A stretch of 63,775 nt of DNA, counting the filler, from Conidiobolus incongruus B7586 (taxonomy: Eukaryota), in NCBI GenBank assembly GCA_000697335.1. It is 8 parts of 8 records of this genome, joined end to end, with 100 filler letters (N's around TTAATTAATTAA, not from the genome) between each part and the next. Parts side by side here need not be neighbours in the genome. Positions count along the whole stretch, not along the records: positions 1 to 16,059 come from JNEM01006109.1; 7 more parts are not named here. One strand, written 5' to 3'. Shown here one piece after another: positions 1 through 12,784 of the stretch; positions within the stretch are counted from its first letter, which is position 1; each line of letters starts with the position of its first letter. Below the pieces are notes generated by a model. That model ran no database searches, was not told the DNA's origin, and saw only the letters and a list, made by a program, of their open reading frames with translations. The position numbers were made by a program, and so were the translations under genes.

Positions 1-1044
1 AGCAACCAGACCATTATATAGGTTACAGTTGGAAAAAATAAGTTCAATGTCATCATAAAATTCATCAATAGAAGAATATTCAACATTGTCCAATTTTCTC
101 TCGGCTGTTTGTAAATCCATAGGCTTCTTGATAATTGTTGGATAGTCAGGTAAATTCATTGCTACATAATCGACCGGTACTGCAAAAGGATCAGCATCAC
201 GATGATGCTTCAGTTCTTTGATAATTTGACGACAGTGCTTCAATTGTTCTCGACTCATACTAGGCTTATGAGCTACAGGATAAACCGGAGGACGTGATGA
301 TTTGGAAGGTTTACTAGAATGTTTATTTTCCAACGATTTATGTGTAGTGTCAGCTTCAAACTTAGGAGGTGGAGCGTGTGTCTCATATTTTTTCCTCGTT
401 TCATCCTTAACAATAGGTTTATCATATTCCTGTTGTGAAGATAGTTGATTTTGAGGAGGTGGAGATGAATAGTTATTTGGTTCATTTGAATGCGGAAGAG
501 GAGAAGAATGGCCGGGACTAGGTTCTGGTTTAAAGTGGTTGTTATGAACTTCATTAAATTCCATTGAATTATCAGAAAATTGTTGAGAATAATTTGGTGC
601 TATGGGACTGGAATTATGACCAGAAGCTCCAACAGAATGAGGATTATCAGGAAATTCTTGTTCAGATGGAGAATCGGATTCATAAAGTGGACCGTTGTAC
701 TGTAGAGAACTTTTTGTTTCTATCCTATTAACCCCATTTTGTGAATTATAGTTATAATCGTGATGAGATGCTGAAGAATCAGAAGAATAATCTAAATTAG
801 TCAAAGCGTTTGATTGGGGCTCATATTTAGAATAACTATTGTATTGTTCACTATCATGGTGTGGAGACCCATTTCTGTAACTGGCACTTGTTTCATTACT
901 AGAGAATAAAAATAAAAATCAGTAAATTATACCAATGAATTACCAATTATTAATTTTATTAAAATGAAAAAATTGAATTAAAATGGTAAAATAAACCCAC
1001 CCTAAATTATGTGGAGATAAACTAGAATCTCTTGAACTTGACAT
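1..1044 (-). CDS. BDF1: BET-family bromodomain protein (BDF1-like), 3' end outside window; exons 1044-1001 and 898-<1
   Basis: Manual translation: ATG at 1044, GT-AG intron 1000-899, low-complexity S/N/P/H N-terminus, then bromodomain KHCRQIIKELKHHRDADPFAVPVDYVAMNLPDYPTIIKKPMDLQTAERKLDNVEY...DDIELIFSNCNLYNG. The real frame is absent from the ORF track. Confidence 0.8.
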
Positions 1045-2836
1045 TGTTAAGTCAATTATCTATATCCAAATTGTTGTCGGGGATGAAAAAGAATTAATAT
1101 ACAGTATATATAACGATTAATTTTAAGCTTTATCAACTATTTTGGTACTCCTTTGATATCTTAATAGAAGAGGTTTAAAGAACATTGATGAAATCAAGTG
1201 GTGAGTTAGTTTTGTTAAACCATTTTCAATCCCAATTTCAATTGGTTGATTTTAAAAGTCAGAGTTGAAATTGAATTATAGGAAGTGATGATTGGCTAAT
1301 AAGGAATATCAAGTGAATTTGATGGGATAGTTGTTGATGACCTCATAAAGGGGTAATTAATTTCTATTGGTTAGAAGAAGAATTTCAAATCCATAGACTC
1401 CAAAAGAGCTCTTTAGAAGCTCATATCATCATAGAACACCATACACTGACATTGCGGGGTTAAAATTTCAGCATAATACTCTTATAATAGGTAATAAATA
1501 ATATCCAGCATTAAAGATGACTGAAAACACCACATTTACTGTCAAGAAAAAAACGCTGATGGGATAGATGAGATCATGACAAACAAGTAAAAACTGACCA
1601 CTTTTTGATAATTACCATATGAAAGCTTGCTGAAGTAGTTATACCATAAATCCAGGCGATTTTTCAGTCAGAAACTTTGGACCAATAAGTAGAGCATATT
1701 TCTACCAACCATTTAAATTTTAAAGCATTATCCTTTAGTTATTTTCAATTCCATTTATAATCAATAAATTCAATTTCCAAATTTATAAACAAATTAAAAT
1801 TTATTCATAAAATTAGTTAATAATAAATATGCAATATTTAAAATTTAAAAATATATTCTACTGCATAATTCTGAAAAATATAATATTTAAAGACAGAATT
1901 CCAAATATTTAAAACAAAATTTTAGCCTTTACAAATACTAATCAGTAATAAATATTATTGATTTTATCATTTAATTTTATAGTATAAATATTTTTTAATG
2001 TATTGAATTAAGAAAGCTTAATTTTATCATTTTATTCAAAATAAATCAAATAATTGAAACAATTTTTTACAAGCCATATTAGAAGTTACTGATTAAGCTT
2101 CAAAAATAAACACAATCAAATCAAAATAAATACAAAGTTGGCTATATTATTCATTAAATAAAAATTCTTTATAAAGTAAATATAGATATAATTTGGAATT
2201 AAATTAATCAGAATTAATGTTTATAAATAATAATAATAATAATAATAATAATCTCAGTTCCAATATTCACTTTGATTCACAATCTTTTTTGACTGCTTTA
2301 TTTTTCAAAAGATTTATTAAAATAAAAATTTTATTTAATAAAATTTTGTATAAAATCATATTATATTAAATTAATATTAGACTAAGAATTGCCCATTTTA
2401 ACCTCTAGAAATTTATGTTTATATATCAAATTTAGAAAAAGAAGTTCAAAGTTAAACACTATTTTATTATTTCATAGATTTAAAAACCAGTGAGTAGTTT
2501 TTGAATTCAATTTGTAATATAATTTATAATGTTTAAATATTTTATTTGGAATAATCAATCCAAATAAAGATTTATTGCAAGTATCAAAGTAGTTTTCTGA
2601 TGTCAGTGTATATATTATAGGAATAAAACTTTAAAAAATTTAATTAATAAATATTGATATAAATAGTAAAGTTAATAATTTTAAAATATTGGATTATTCA
2701 AATCGGCTCAAAAGATATAGTAGTACAAGGAAATAATAAATTAAATTGTTAGAGCTAGATAGGGTTATTAATGTATTTAGAAGTTCAAGTAAAAAACAAT
2801 GACATTTATGGCGTTTAATATAATAATCATGGAATA

Positions 2837-4970
2837 TTACTTTTCCATATTGATATATGGTTTGTAGCTCCAAACTCTAGCTTTCAAATCTCCAGATCCA
2901 GTAGCAAACAACCCGCCTTTAGGGTTAAAAGCAACCGATATTACTACATTTAAAAATGATTAATGTTAAAATATTTGAAAGTAAAATATAAGGATACAAA
3001 ATCTTACCCGAGTTTTTATGACCTTGGAGCATAAATTGTGTTTGATGTGTTTTCATATCCCAGAATTGAATACTGCGATCTTTAGAACCAGACATAGCCC
3101 ACTTACCACAAGGAGAGCAAGCAACAGAGAGAACAAAGTCCTAGAAATAGATTAGCTATGGCTATACTAAAATGATGATTTATATACCTTATGACCAATA
3201 AAATTAGCAATGCAGCTACTAGGAGTAACAGTTCCCATGGTGCTACTACGATTAGGACCCACTTGCCACAGTTTCAAGGAGTTGTCTAAAGATCCAGAAA
3301 TAAGAGATTTACCTAAATAGTAATCAGAATCCTGTTATATTAGAAAAGGAGGTGATTAAATACCATCTGGAGAAAAAGCAACAGAATAGACACCATCTTT
3401 ATGACCTTCAAAAATATTTAGTATCCTATCTTGCTGTACGTCCCAAACGCGAACAAATTTATCAAGAGAACCAGCTGCAATATATCTTGAATCTGGTGAA
3501 ATAGCAACACAAGTAACACCAGGATCTTTGATATTGGTGCTCTCAATAATAAATTTAGTTTTGAGTTGACTGGTTTCCATGTCCCAAACTCGAACGCTTT
3601 TATCTCCAGATCCAGATACCAATAAGCGACCATTGTTAGAAAATTCAAGAGAATAAATATCAGAAGTATGCCCAGTAAACATGCTGCAGACACGCTTCGC
3701 TTGAATATCCCAAATTCGAATTTTGTGGTCTTCACCACCAGTTGCCAAAAACTTTCCATCAGGACTGAAACAAACAGCTCGAATATATAGATTGTCTTCT
3801 TTGACTGAGTCATCAACAAGTTCATAAAGCTTTCTGGCACTTGAAACATCATAAATTTGAGCAGTTCTGTTACAACCGGTAGCCAAATATTGGCCATCAT
3901 GACTAAATCTGACACAACAGACTACGCTATCATGATCAAGAGTGTGTACTAAATCCACATTTAAGTTGCGAGGAACTTTAGGATTAAATATAGCGAACCA
4001 ATTATCTCCTTCTTTTTTATATTGGGTGGCAACTGTATCAGGGTCAATTTCTCCAAAGTTACTTGGGCCTTGATGAGAGTTTGGTGCATGTCTAATTGGA
4101 GCTCTAGCCGAAGGTTGAAGATGTTCAGGGTGATGCATAGGATGATGTGAAATTGATCCCTGGCGCATTCCTTGGACTTGGTGATGTTCCATAGCATATT
4201 GAGGAGGCAAAGGAATATTAGATGATTCTAATTTGACATTAGGATGTCCACCGGGATTAGATGTATGGCTATGATTAGATGGTCCACCAAATCCTGGCTT
4301 AGAACTATTTGGTTGATGTGAAGGAGGTTCATCTTTTCTTGGACGTTTATGAACTGATTGTGACAATGCATGATGTGCTAAACTGTTAATACTAGGTGCA
4401 TCATGAGGTTGAGAAGATGGTGGAGGAACCGAAGGTGGAGGAAAGTTTGAATAATTAGCTTTTAACTGAGCGGGATCATTAGCAGCAGTTTGATTGTGAG
4501 GTAAGAAAGATGCGGGGGGTAAATTGGAACCACCATGAAGATTATTTGAACGAGAGCCGGTAGCGGAATTTCTTCCATCAAGCTGGCGGCGTAAATGGTT
4601 GATTTCTTCTTCATACCTATAAAAGTTCGTTTAATAAAATTAGGTGTATTTAAATAGAATTTAAAAATGAACATACTGTTTTTTCAAATTAGCGTGAGTT
4701 CTTTCTAATTCATAAATGTTTTGAGAAATTGTAGTAGCTTCATTAATATGAACGGTCACTAGTAGAAAGAAGTGGGTAGTTAGTAACATATAATAATTTT
4801 AAGAGATGATATTTACTTTGGCGTTCTATTTCTTCTCTCTGTTGGCGAAGTAAAGCAACTTCATGGTTTAAAGCGGCATAATCATTTTTAACTGCTTCTA
4901 AAAGATCATTCATGCGATGATTAGAGGAGCCATTTGCACTCGTAGAGTGATGGGGATATGGATTGGCCAT
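2837..4970 (-). CDS. TUP1: Transcriptional corepressor Tup1 (Tup_N coiled coil + WD40); exons 4970-4817, 4758-4677, 4616-3364, 3312-3188, 3140-3008, 2943-2837
   Basis: Tup_N ([13 protein letters not shown]...[26 protein letters not shown]), hallmark [65 protein letters not shown]; five GT-AG introns restore one frame. Confidence 0.95.
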
Positions 4971-7386
4971 AGTAATCAATTCCTTGGTAAAAAACTCTAT
5001 AACAATAAGTGTGGTAAAATTGATTAAAAAGTGTTTTATAATTGAAAGATTAGTTAAGTTATTTGGTGTAATTAATAAACAGATTTTGATGAGTTAAAAT
5101 TCAAAAGATGATATCAATTAATTTATTAGGTCATTACTTGATATGATAATGGATTAAACCAATTAAAACTGATTATTTGCAAACAATCCATGTTTAAGTT
5201 CAATATTCAAATTTTGTCACATGATTACTTTGAAGACTATTCCTAAGTTTCTTTCCAAAATTCATACTTTATTTAAATGTAACTCTGATTTAGCATAAAT
5301 CAATCAAAATTTCCAAATTTATTAATCATATTGATTCAACAATTTAAATCAAAATTAATTGATCTAGAATATTTTCCAAAATTTACTCTTATCTCACAAT
5401 TAAAGAACCTATATATAAATAAAATTCATTAAATTTTCAAATGAAAAATAGTTTCAAATTTTAAATTCATAATATATTAAATCTAAATTTAGAAACCAGT
5501 TCATAATTATGAAAAATTTTTATTTAATAATAGTTTATAATCACTCTTTAAATTTATTTTATATTGAATAAATATGAGGGGATTACATTTAGGTTTTGTT
5601 TTTTTCAATAAATATTAATATATATTAAGTCCAATTCAATCAATATATCTATATCTTTAAAAATATTAAAATTAATCAAATAGAAAGAAACTCGATATAT
5701 TTGACATAGTTAATTCAATTACTGTTAAATAAAGATAAGCTTGTGAATTGTATAACTGAGATATAATATAATCAGTAATATCACACTATTAGAATATGAT
5801 TCGAAATATAGTGGAAGTAATTTTTAGCACCAAATACTATTATTCAGGCTAATACTAGAATACCAAAGCTTGATCAGAAAATAGTATGCATAAATATATA
5901 ATATTCCAATTTTAATATTGTGACATTTAATTGGGCTATCCAAAAATCATATTAATATTAATAATAGAATATATTTACTATAATACCTCAATATTTGGCG
6001 AATCATATATAAAATTAGCAAATTGGAATTTTATATTATAATCACGATTAATTTTATTCTTAATCATCATAATTATTATACTATACATACATGTATTTCT
6101 ATCACTATTATAATTCCTATTAGTTTAAATATATTGAGTGTTTGCATAATTGAGCGAAGAAATTTTAAATTTTATGACAAAAGTAATATAATGTTTAAAT
6201 TATATTCAGTTGGAATAAAATATGGAATACATAATTAATATATAGAAAACATGAATTTGGGTAGTAAATATCGAATCGAAAAAAATATACTATACCATAG
6301 ATAAATATGTTTGTTACTCAAATCTATGGTTCATCATGTTTCAATTAAATATTTAGTATTATATTTGAACAAATAATATGAAAAATTGGTTGGAACTTGG
6401 ATGTACAAAATTTAAAATTACACTTAATTATTCAAACGCCAAATACATTCTCATGGAAATGCTAAATTGGATATGTATAATATCATTTTCAGAGTCAGTT
6501 AAAATAATATATTTAATTATACAGTGCATATAATAAAATAAATGATTCTACTGACAAATTATATTTTTAATATTTTTGCGTAATTAAACTTATTACACCT
6601 AGTTGAAACAAAAAATATTGTTTTAAATTTAATTCATTAATAAAGTCATGGGATAATTTATCAAACAAAATTATTCTTGTAATTAATATGAAATAATAAA
6701 TATATTGAAAGAGAGTATAAACTTAATAATATACTATATTCAATATATTTTGGATATTAAATTGCTCAAATGTGCTTTAAATATTAATATACATAATTTT
6801 GTTTGTTCCTTCAGTACTACAAAAATTTCTAACTTATTGTATATATTAAAAATAAATCATATATTGGTTTAACAATAATGAATTATACAGTAAAATAAAC
6901 AGATTAATATATGTTAACAATCCTATGTATATAAAATATAAACCATCAAACATTTGTATATTTTTATTATTTTATGACGTATTTTATTAAATACTTATTT
7001 TAGTTACAAACCAAGAGTGACTTTGTATATTATCGATTTAATGATTTATACTTGAAGACAAAAGGGTTATATGAAATAACTTTTAAAATCAAATATACAA
7101 TTCACATATTAGATTATTATGTGAATCTCTCAATATTATCAATTATTGATATTTTTATTGAATGGCTGATTGTTTTAGTCACAATATAATTCTATTATTT
7201 ATAAGATCTGAATAGTGATTATTTTTTTCAATGCTTAATATATTTTAAATGATCAAGAGAATAACAATGTACATGATAAAAAATTTAGTAATGGGATGAA
7301 TTCAAAAAACTACATACAAAAAACAGATAACTGAAATAAAATGATTTTGGGATATGGTGAAGGATGTTTAGATTATATTTTTAATT

Positions 7387-10300
7387 TTAGCGGGGAATAG
7401 ATCCATGATCACCGTTTTTGATGATTGTATCTTTATCTTGAGTCGAATTTCCCATATGTGAATTTGTTAACAAATTTTGAAATGAAGCTTGAGTTAGTTT
7501 AGGAGATGGGTTTGGATCAGAATTCTGACCAGAAACCCAAATACATCCTGATCTAACTTGGCCTAGATGTCCCTCAGATTTCTTCCTATCCAAATATTGT
7601 TGCATATGGTCAATGAATTTAGGCTTTAAAAGGAAATCAGGATAGATGTTAGAATTGTCATTGGAAAATTTCTGATTAGGATCATTGCTAATGACTTGAG
7701 GTTGGTCATCTGTTGCCGAAGTCCAGCGATTCCAAGCCTCTATGTAGCCTCTTTCTAGATCTCTCACCCATCTTGGGGTGTCAAATAACGGAGATTTGTC
7801 TCGAGTCAAGAAAAGAGCCTTTCTAAGTTCATTCAGTTTTCCTTTACCCAAACGGAATGAACAAGTTTGCTTTAATATAGGGTGATTCATAAATCGAATA
7901 GGAATGCTGAATCCATTATTAGTAAATATCTCTTCATACGAACCAGAGACATATTGGTATTCAATAGAGTTAGCTAAATTCACAGATTGCTCTTCATAAT
8001 GCTGATAGGAGTTAACGACCATATGTTCACCATAACCAGAAGCCCAGGCAATGCTTGCAGCAACTCTGGAGCACATTTTGTGAGGATGGCGAGCAAATGT
8101 GATAATAGGTGTACCGGACCAAAGAATATCCACAGCAGTTGTGTGTGCATTACACTCAGGAGTATCGAAAAAGATATCTGCTACTCTTCCTCTATGAATA
8201 TGAATATGTTTAGCAGCAACTTCAGTAAAGATAATCCTAGACGCGACTTCAGGTCCAGCTAATTCGGTAGCCTCTCGACGTATATGTTCTTCACCAGCCG
8301 CGGGAAATTGAAGTAACCACAATATTGAATTAGGAACTCTCTTCAATACATTTAGCCAAACTTGGAAAATATTAGGATCAATCTATAATAAGGGTTAATA
8401 GAAATTCGGGCTTATTAAATAAATAAATCAAACCTTATAGAGTTGGTTGAAGTTTGCAAAAATCACATAATTGTCAGGAATGTTAGGGAAAAGTTCTTTT
8501 CTCATTGTGGTTCTTCTATTTTGTTCCACTAGCCAACCCAATTCCAGTTCCTCTTTACCTTCCAATATGAATCGTTGGTTTTGCATTTGGGGATCAGTAA
8601 GACTGGACGTGGGTCGAAGCTCGTCAGGTTCTCTAAATCCTTGTCGATGATCGTTGATGAAGTAGGAATAAGGCATATATAGAATCTTTTCAGTATAAAC
8701 CCATTCTTCAGAATGTTCTTCTGGATCCAGATCCATGACATCTACTTCAGAAATCTGTTCCATGAATTCGGGTTGATTAAAAGATTTAGCAGCATAACGA
8801 CTAGGACTGCGATTAATCCATTGCTCAGAACAAACGGTCTCTGGAGGACAGACAATGGGATCAGCAATAAAATAATCACACCAATTGCCTCCCAGAGTAC
8901 TAGCGAAGCCCATATATGACATCAAAAGTGGTGCAGGACGAGCTGCAAATACTTCGTTTCGAGCACCTTTAGTATAGCCATTCAAGTTAATCAAAATATG
9001 AATGCCATCTTGAACTATTCTTTCAACAATCGCTTGGGTAGTCCATCCTGATACATCAATGAAATTACTAACTTCTCTTTGGATTTTTTCTCTGTATTGA
9101 GATTGATCTGATGGAGTTGTCGCGTAACAATAAACAATAAATTTATCAGTATTATGCATCCCAAAAACGGCTTGCATCAAGTGGGAAAGAGGATGGTTGT
9201 TGAAATCAGAGGACACATATCCTAACTTGATGTGTGGACTTGGAGGAGGAGGAGGAGGGAAGACTGTGCTGGGTAACCAGGGTGAGACTAAAGTGTTGTA
9301 AGATATCCTTAAGGCATTTCGATGGCAAATAAGACGAACTTGACGAGCAGTAAGAGGATAGGTGAATGTATGAAATGGAAGAACTGTAGGAATCGGTGGC
9401 ATAGGCAATCCCACAATTGATGGTCTAGAATAGGTTGCCATGTCTTTTTGGGAGACATTAGACCAGTTAAAATTAGGATCAGAATTCAATTGTGAAAGTC
9501 GACTCCAGTACCATAGCCTTACTAAGCGTCTCATTGCCTTTTCCGTGGCACGAATAATCCAGGATCCTTCATTTAATAAGATTTTATTGTTGATACCAAT
9601 ATCAACAAGTTGTTCCCAGAATTGGGCGCGGGTTTTCCAAATTTGGCCACCATAATCCATATCTGTGCTAAACGCATTGGCAACTGAACGAATCCAAGAA
9701 ATACTAGTAGAATCAGAAGATTTTTTGAAAATAAAATGATTACCCCAACTATTGCCTTCGGAGAGTTGCTTATTGACAATTTCAATGATTCTATCCATCC
9801 ATCCAAGCTGAATTTGGTTGGCAACGGTTTTGGAAACTCTTCCTCTCCAATCGCATACACCACAAAGAGCATTGACTAAACCACAAATAGCTTCAACAAA
9901 GTCAGGGTTAACTTCCACAGCACGCTTATACCACTGGATACTATCCTGGATTTGTCCACTGTCCTTTAAAGCATTACCTAAATTAGCTAGAGCAACATCA
10001 AATTTAGGATTGACTTGAACTGCTTTTTCATACATGCTAATCGCTTTGCGAATATGACCCATGTCTTTTAATAACGAGCCAAGGTTGGTGTACAAATGAG
10101 GATGATTGGAGTCTAAACTCAAACCGTAATTGTAATATTGTAAAGCCAAGCCTGGGCCAGTAATTGGTGGATTAGTCTTGTTTGATTCTGTGGTAGAAGG
10201 AGCAGGAATTGTAGCTAGTAGAATTCCAAGGTTATTACAGGTTGAAGGAGAAGGGAAAAGAGCTAATGAAAGATAGTATAGTGGAAGTAAAAGAGGCAAG

Positions 10301-12784
10301 GCTGTGATGGAAGAAGTTTGATCCTGGTAAATTTTAGCAAGTGTCAATAGGATTGCGGATGTTATGTGATTAGCACGATTAAGCTGAGTTTGAGATCCAC
10401 TCTGAGCGTATTTATCTTCACTTTTCAAAAGTCTTACGAATGCAGGAAGAATACCTTGAGACTTAGGAAATAGAATTGACGAAGTTTGAAGCGATTGCTC
10501 AGGAGTTAAAAGAAGTATTGGGATATGCGAAGTTTGGAAATTCATTAGGTGATTGACTAAGTCATGATCTTGGATGTTATGGAAGCATCGTAATATCGAA
10601 GCGACTGCATGGAAAATAGATTGACCTCCAAGTGCTAATTCTAAAGCTTTTTCATAATCCCTGCGAGCGCCTTCAACATCGCCCAAAGAGTATTTTGCAT
10701 TCGCTCCATAGTATAGAAGGTTCTGGAATTTGGATGTTTCAAAGTGAGGATAGCTCATGCAATTGTAGGCAAAATCACTAAAGTTTTGATTTTGGATGAT
10801 TTCTTTCTCAATAAATTGGCAAATTGCAACCACATTCTCTTGACTCGATCTTGACGGTATATGGTTGGTTGAATTGGGATCCTTATTATTCTCAGCTGAA
10901 TATTCTTGGCTATTCATTAGTCCGATTAGATTATCAGCAGCATCCCAGTAATCAGGCTTTAATCTTAGAGCTTTCCACCACCATTTTTCAGCTTCTTTAA
11001 AGTTGTTAATGGTTTTATATGTAGTGCCCAGATTGCTCATCGCTTCTACGTAATTCGCATTTAATCTGAGGATCTCTTTGTTATATTTGATAGAAGACTG
11101 ATAATCGTGCTCGACAAAAAAGACACATGCTAGGAGTAATAGAGTGGGGAGATGCGTTGGATGAATGCTATGGAGAGTCAAGAGCATATTCCTAAGCTGA
11201 GCTTCGGGATTTCTGCTATTATATTGGGCATGTGCGTGCTTAAGGATAGCATCTCTAATGTTAGGGTTTTTGGCTTCTTGGACACTGTAGTTTGTTCCTG
11301 GAACCATCGGAATAGGCTGTAGAGGTGGGAATATAGGCCGAGTGCCCATTGTGGATGCAATTGCCATGCTAGTTGCACTGGAGGTCAGTCCATGAAGTTG
11401 AATCGGATCAATATGATTGAAAGTTTGTTGACTTGTATATTCATTGGAAATATACCCATCGTAGCAATGTGTGGGGTTATTTAAAGGGCTAGGATATTCT
11501 GGGCCATTGTAAATGTCATTATTTCCAACTATTAACTGGTTCATTGAGTTTGGATTTTGCCATGAAGAGTTAATTGAAGGTTGCTGGAACATCGCACCAT
11601 TATCTAAGCCTGTATATACAGTATTGTGCAAAGCTGAATAAGGAGCGCCATTCATACGTCCTAGATTCGTTAATGAGGGGTCGTTCCAGAGGTTATTCAT
11701 ATGGAAATGAGGTTGGAAGTTTCTGAGTTGATAAAGTGCGTTATGATCAGGGGGTAAATACGATAATACATTGGGAGACGGTGGAGGAATCATTCGAGCG
11801 TTATTATCAACAAATCCATGCTGGATTGGTTTGTGATGGGTTGCAAAATAATCTGGAGGATGCTTTTGCTGAGAGGAAAATCCTGTGCGACTTTGATTGG
11901 CCATGGGATGCATTGTGCTGATGTTTGATAATGAAGAGTTGCCATAATAGCTAAGATATCTATTAGGATTTGCAAATTGGTCATTGGTAGGCTCGTAATT
12001 TTCCGATATGGGGTCCAAAACTCTTTTTTGTCGTGAAGAGTTTTGCATAGTATTATGCAAGATGTTTGGATTTTGCCCAGATACATAAGTATTTGGTAAA
12101 TAGAGATTCATAGGATTATCATTTTGAAGATTCGAATTATTGGAATTCGAGTAATAGCCTGCTTCATTGAATTGATTAACATCTGATTGGAAGATTTCGT
12201 TGCGCTCTTGGCCGTTATTTGTGTATGTTTGATTAGGCTGGTTATTCAGATTAGATATGCCTAAAGGGTAATTATTGATAGGTTTCGGTAATTGAGAATG
12301 CCCTTGTAGATTCGGTATTGGTTGACCAACATTTTGAGAATGATTACTCTAATATAAATTTAGTGAAAAAGGAAATTAATTAAAATTTATAAAAATTTAG
12401 ATCACTTACCTGTTGATTGCTTTGCTGGAACCCAAAATTGGTAAAGTTGTTTACAAGTGAAGAGGATTTTGAAGGATATGTAGGGCGCCCTAATGAAGGA
12501 TAACTATCATGAGGTATTGTGAAACTTTGCCTTGAGGACTGAGGCTGAAAGGGAATTTGAGAAGAGTCAGAATTCGGGGGCTTTTTATAGTTGTATTGCT
12601 GCCAATGACCAGTAAAATTGGAAGAGTTATTTGTCAGCTGAGAATGTCTATTTTCATTTGAAATTTGGTTACTTTGACCAGACCAGAACGGATCGTTGAC
12701 AAAGTTTTGCGAATAATAGTGTTGTTTTTGTTGTTCCAAATCGCCATTTAAATTAAATTGATTTGTAGAATTTGTATAAGACAT
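7387..12784 (-). CDS. OGT: O-GlcNAc transferase (GT41, OGT/SEC-type) with TPRs, about 1761 aa; exons 12784-12410, 12348-8434, 8382-7387
   Basis: TPR repeats, GYVSSDFNNHPLSHL, LNGYTKGARNEVFAARPAP, NFNQLYK|IDP across intron 8433-8383, DTPECNAHTTAVDILWSGTPI, SRVAAS, PLFDT. Confidence 0.93.

Noticed and set aside
6023..6238. Isolated AT-rich short ORFs (6023, 18384, 37949, 44757, 59222)
   Set aside because: Mostly TTG/GTG starts, I/N/K/F/Y-rich as expected by chance in AT-rich DNA, no motifs.
273..12086. Short ORFs overlapping BDF1, TUP1 and OGT (e.g. 273-554, 3418-3915, 7987-8262, 9573-9872, 11790-12086)
   Set aside because: Alternate-frame or antisense shadows of real exons; the same applies to 24813, 30611, 39494, 47689, 53452 and 53798.
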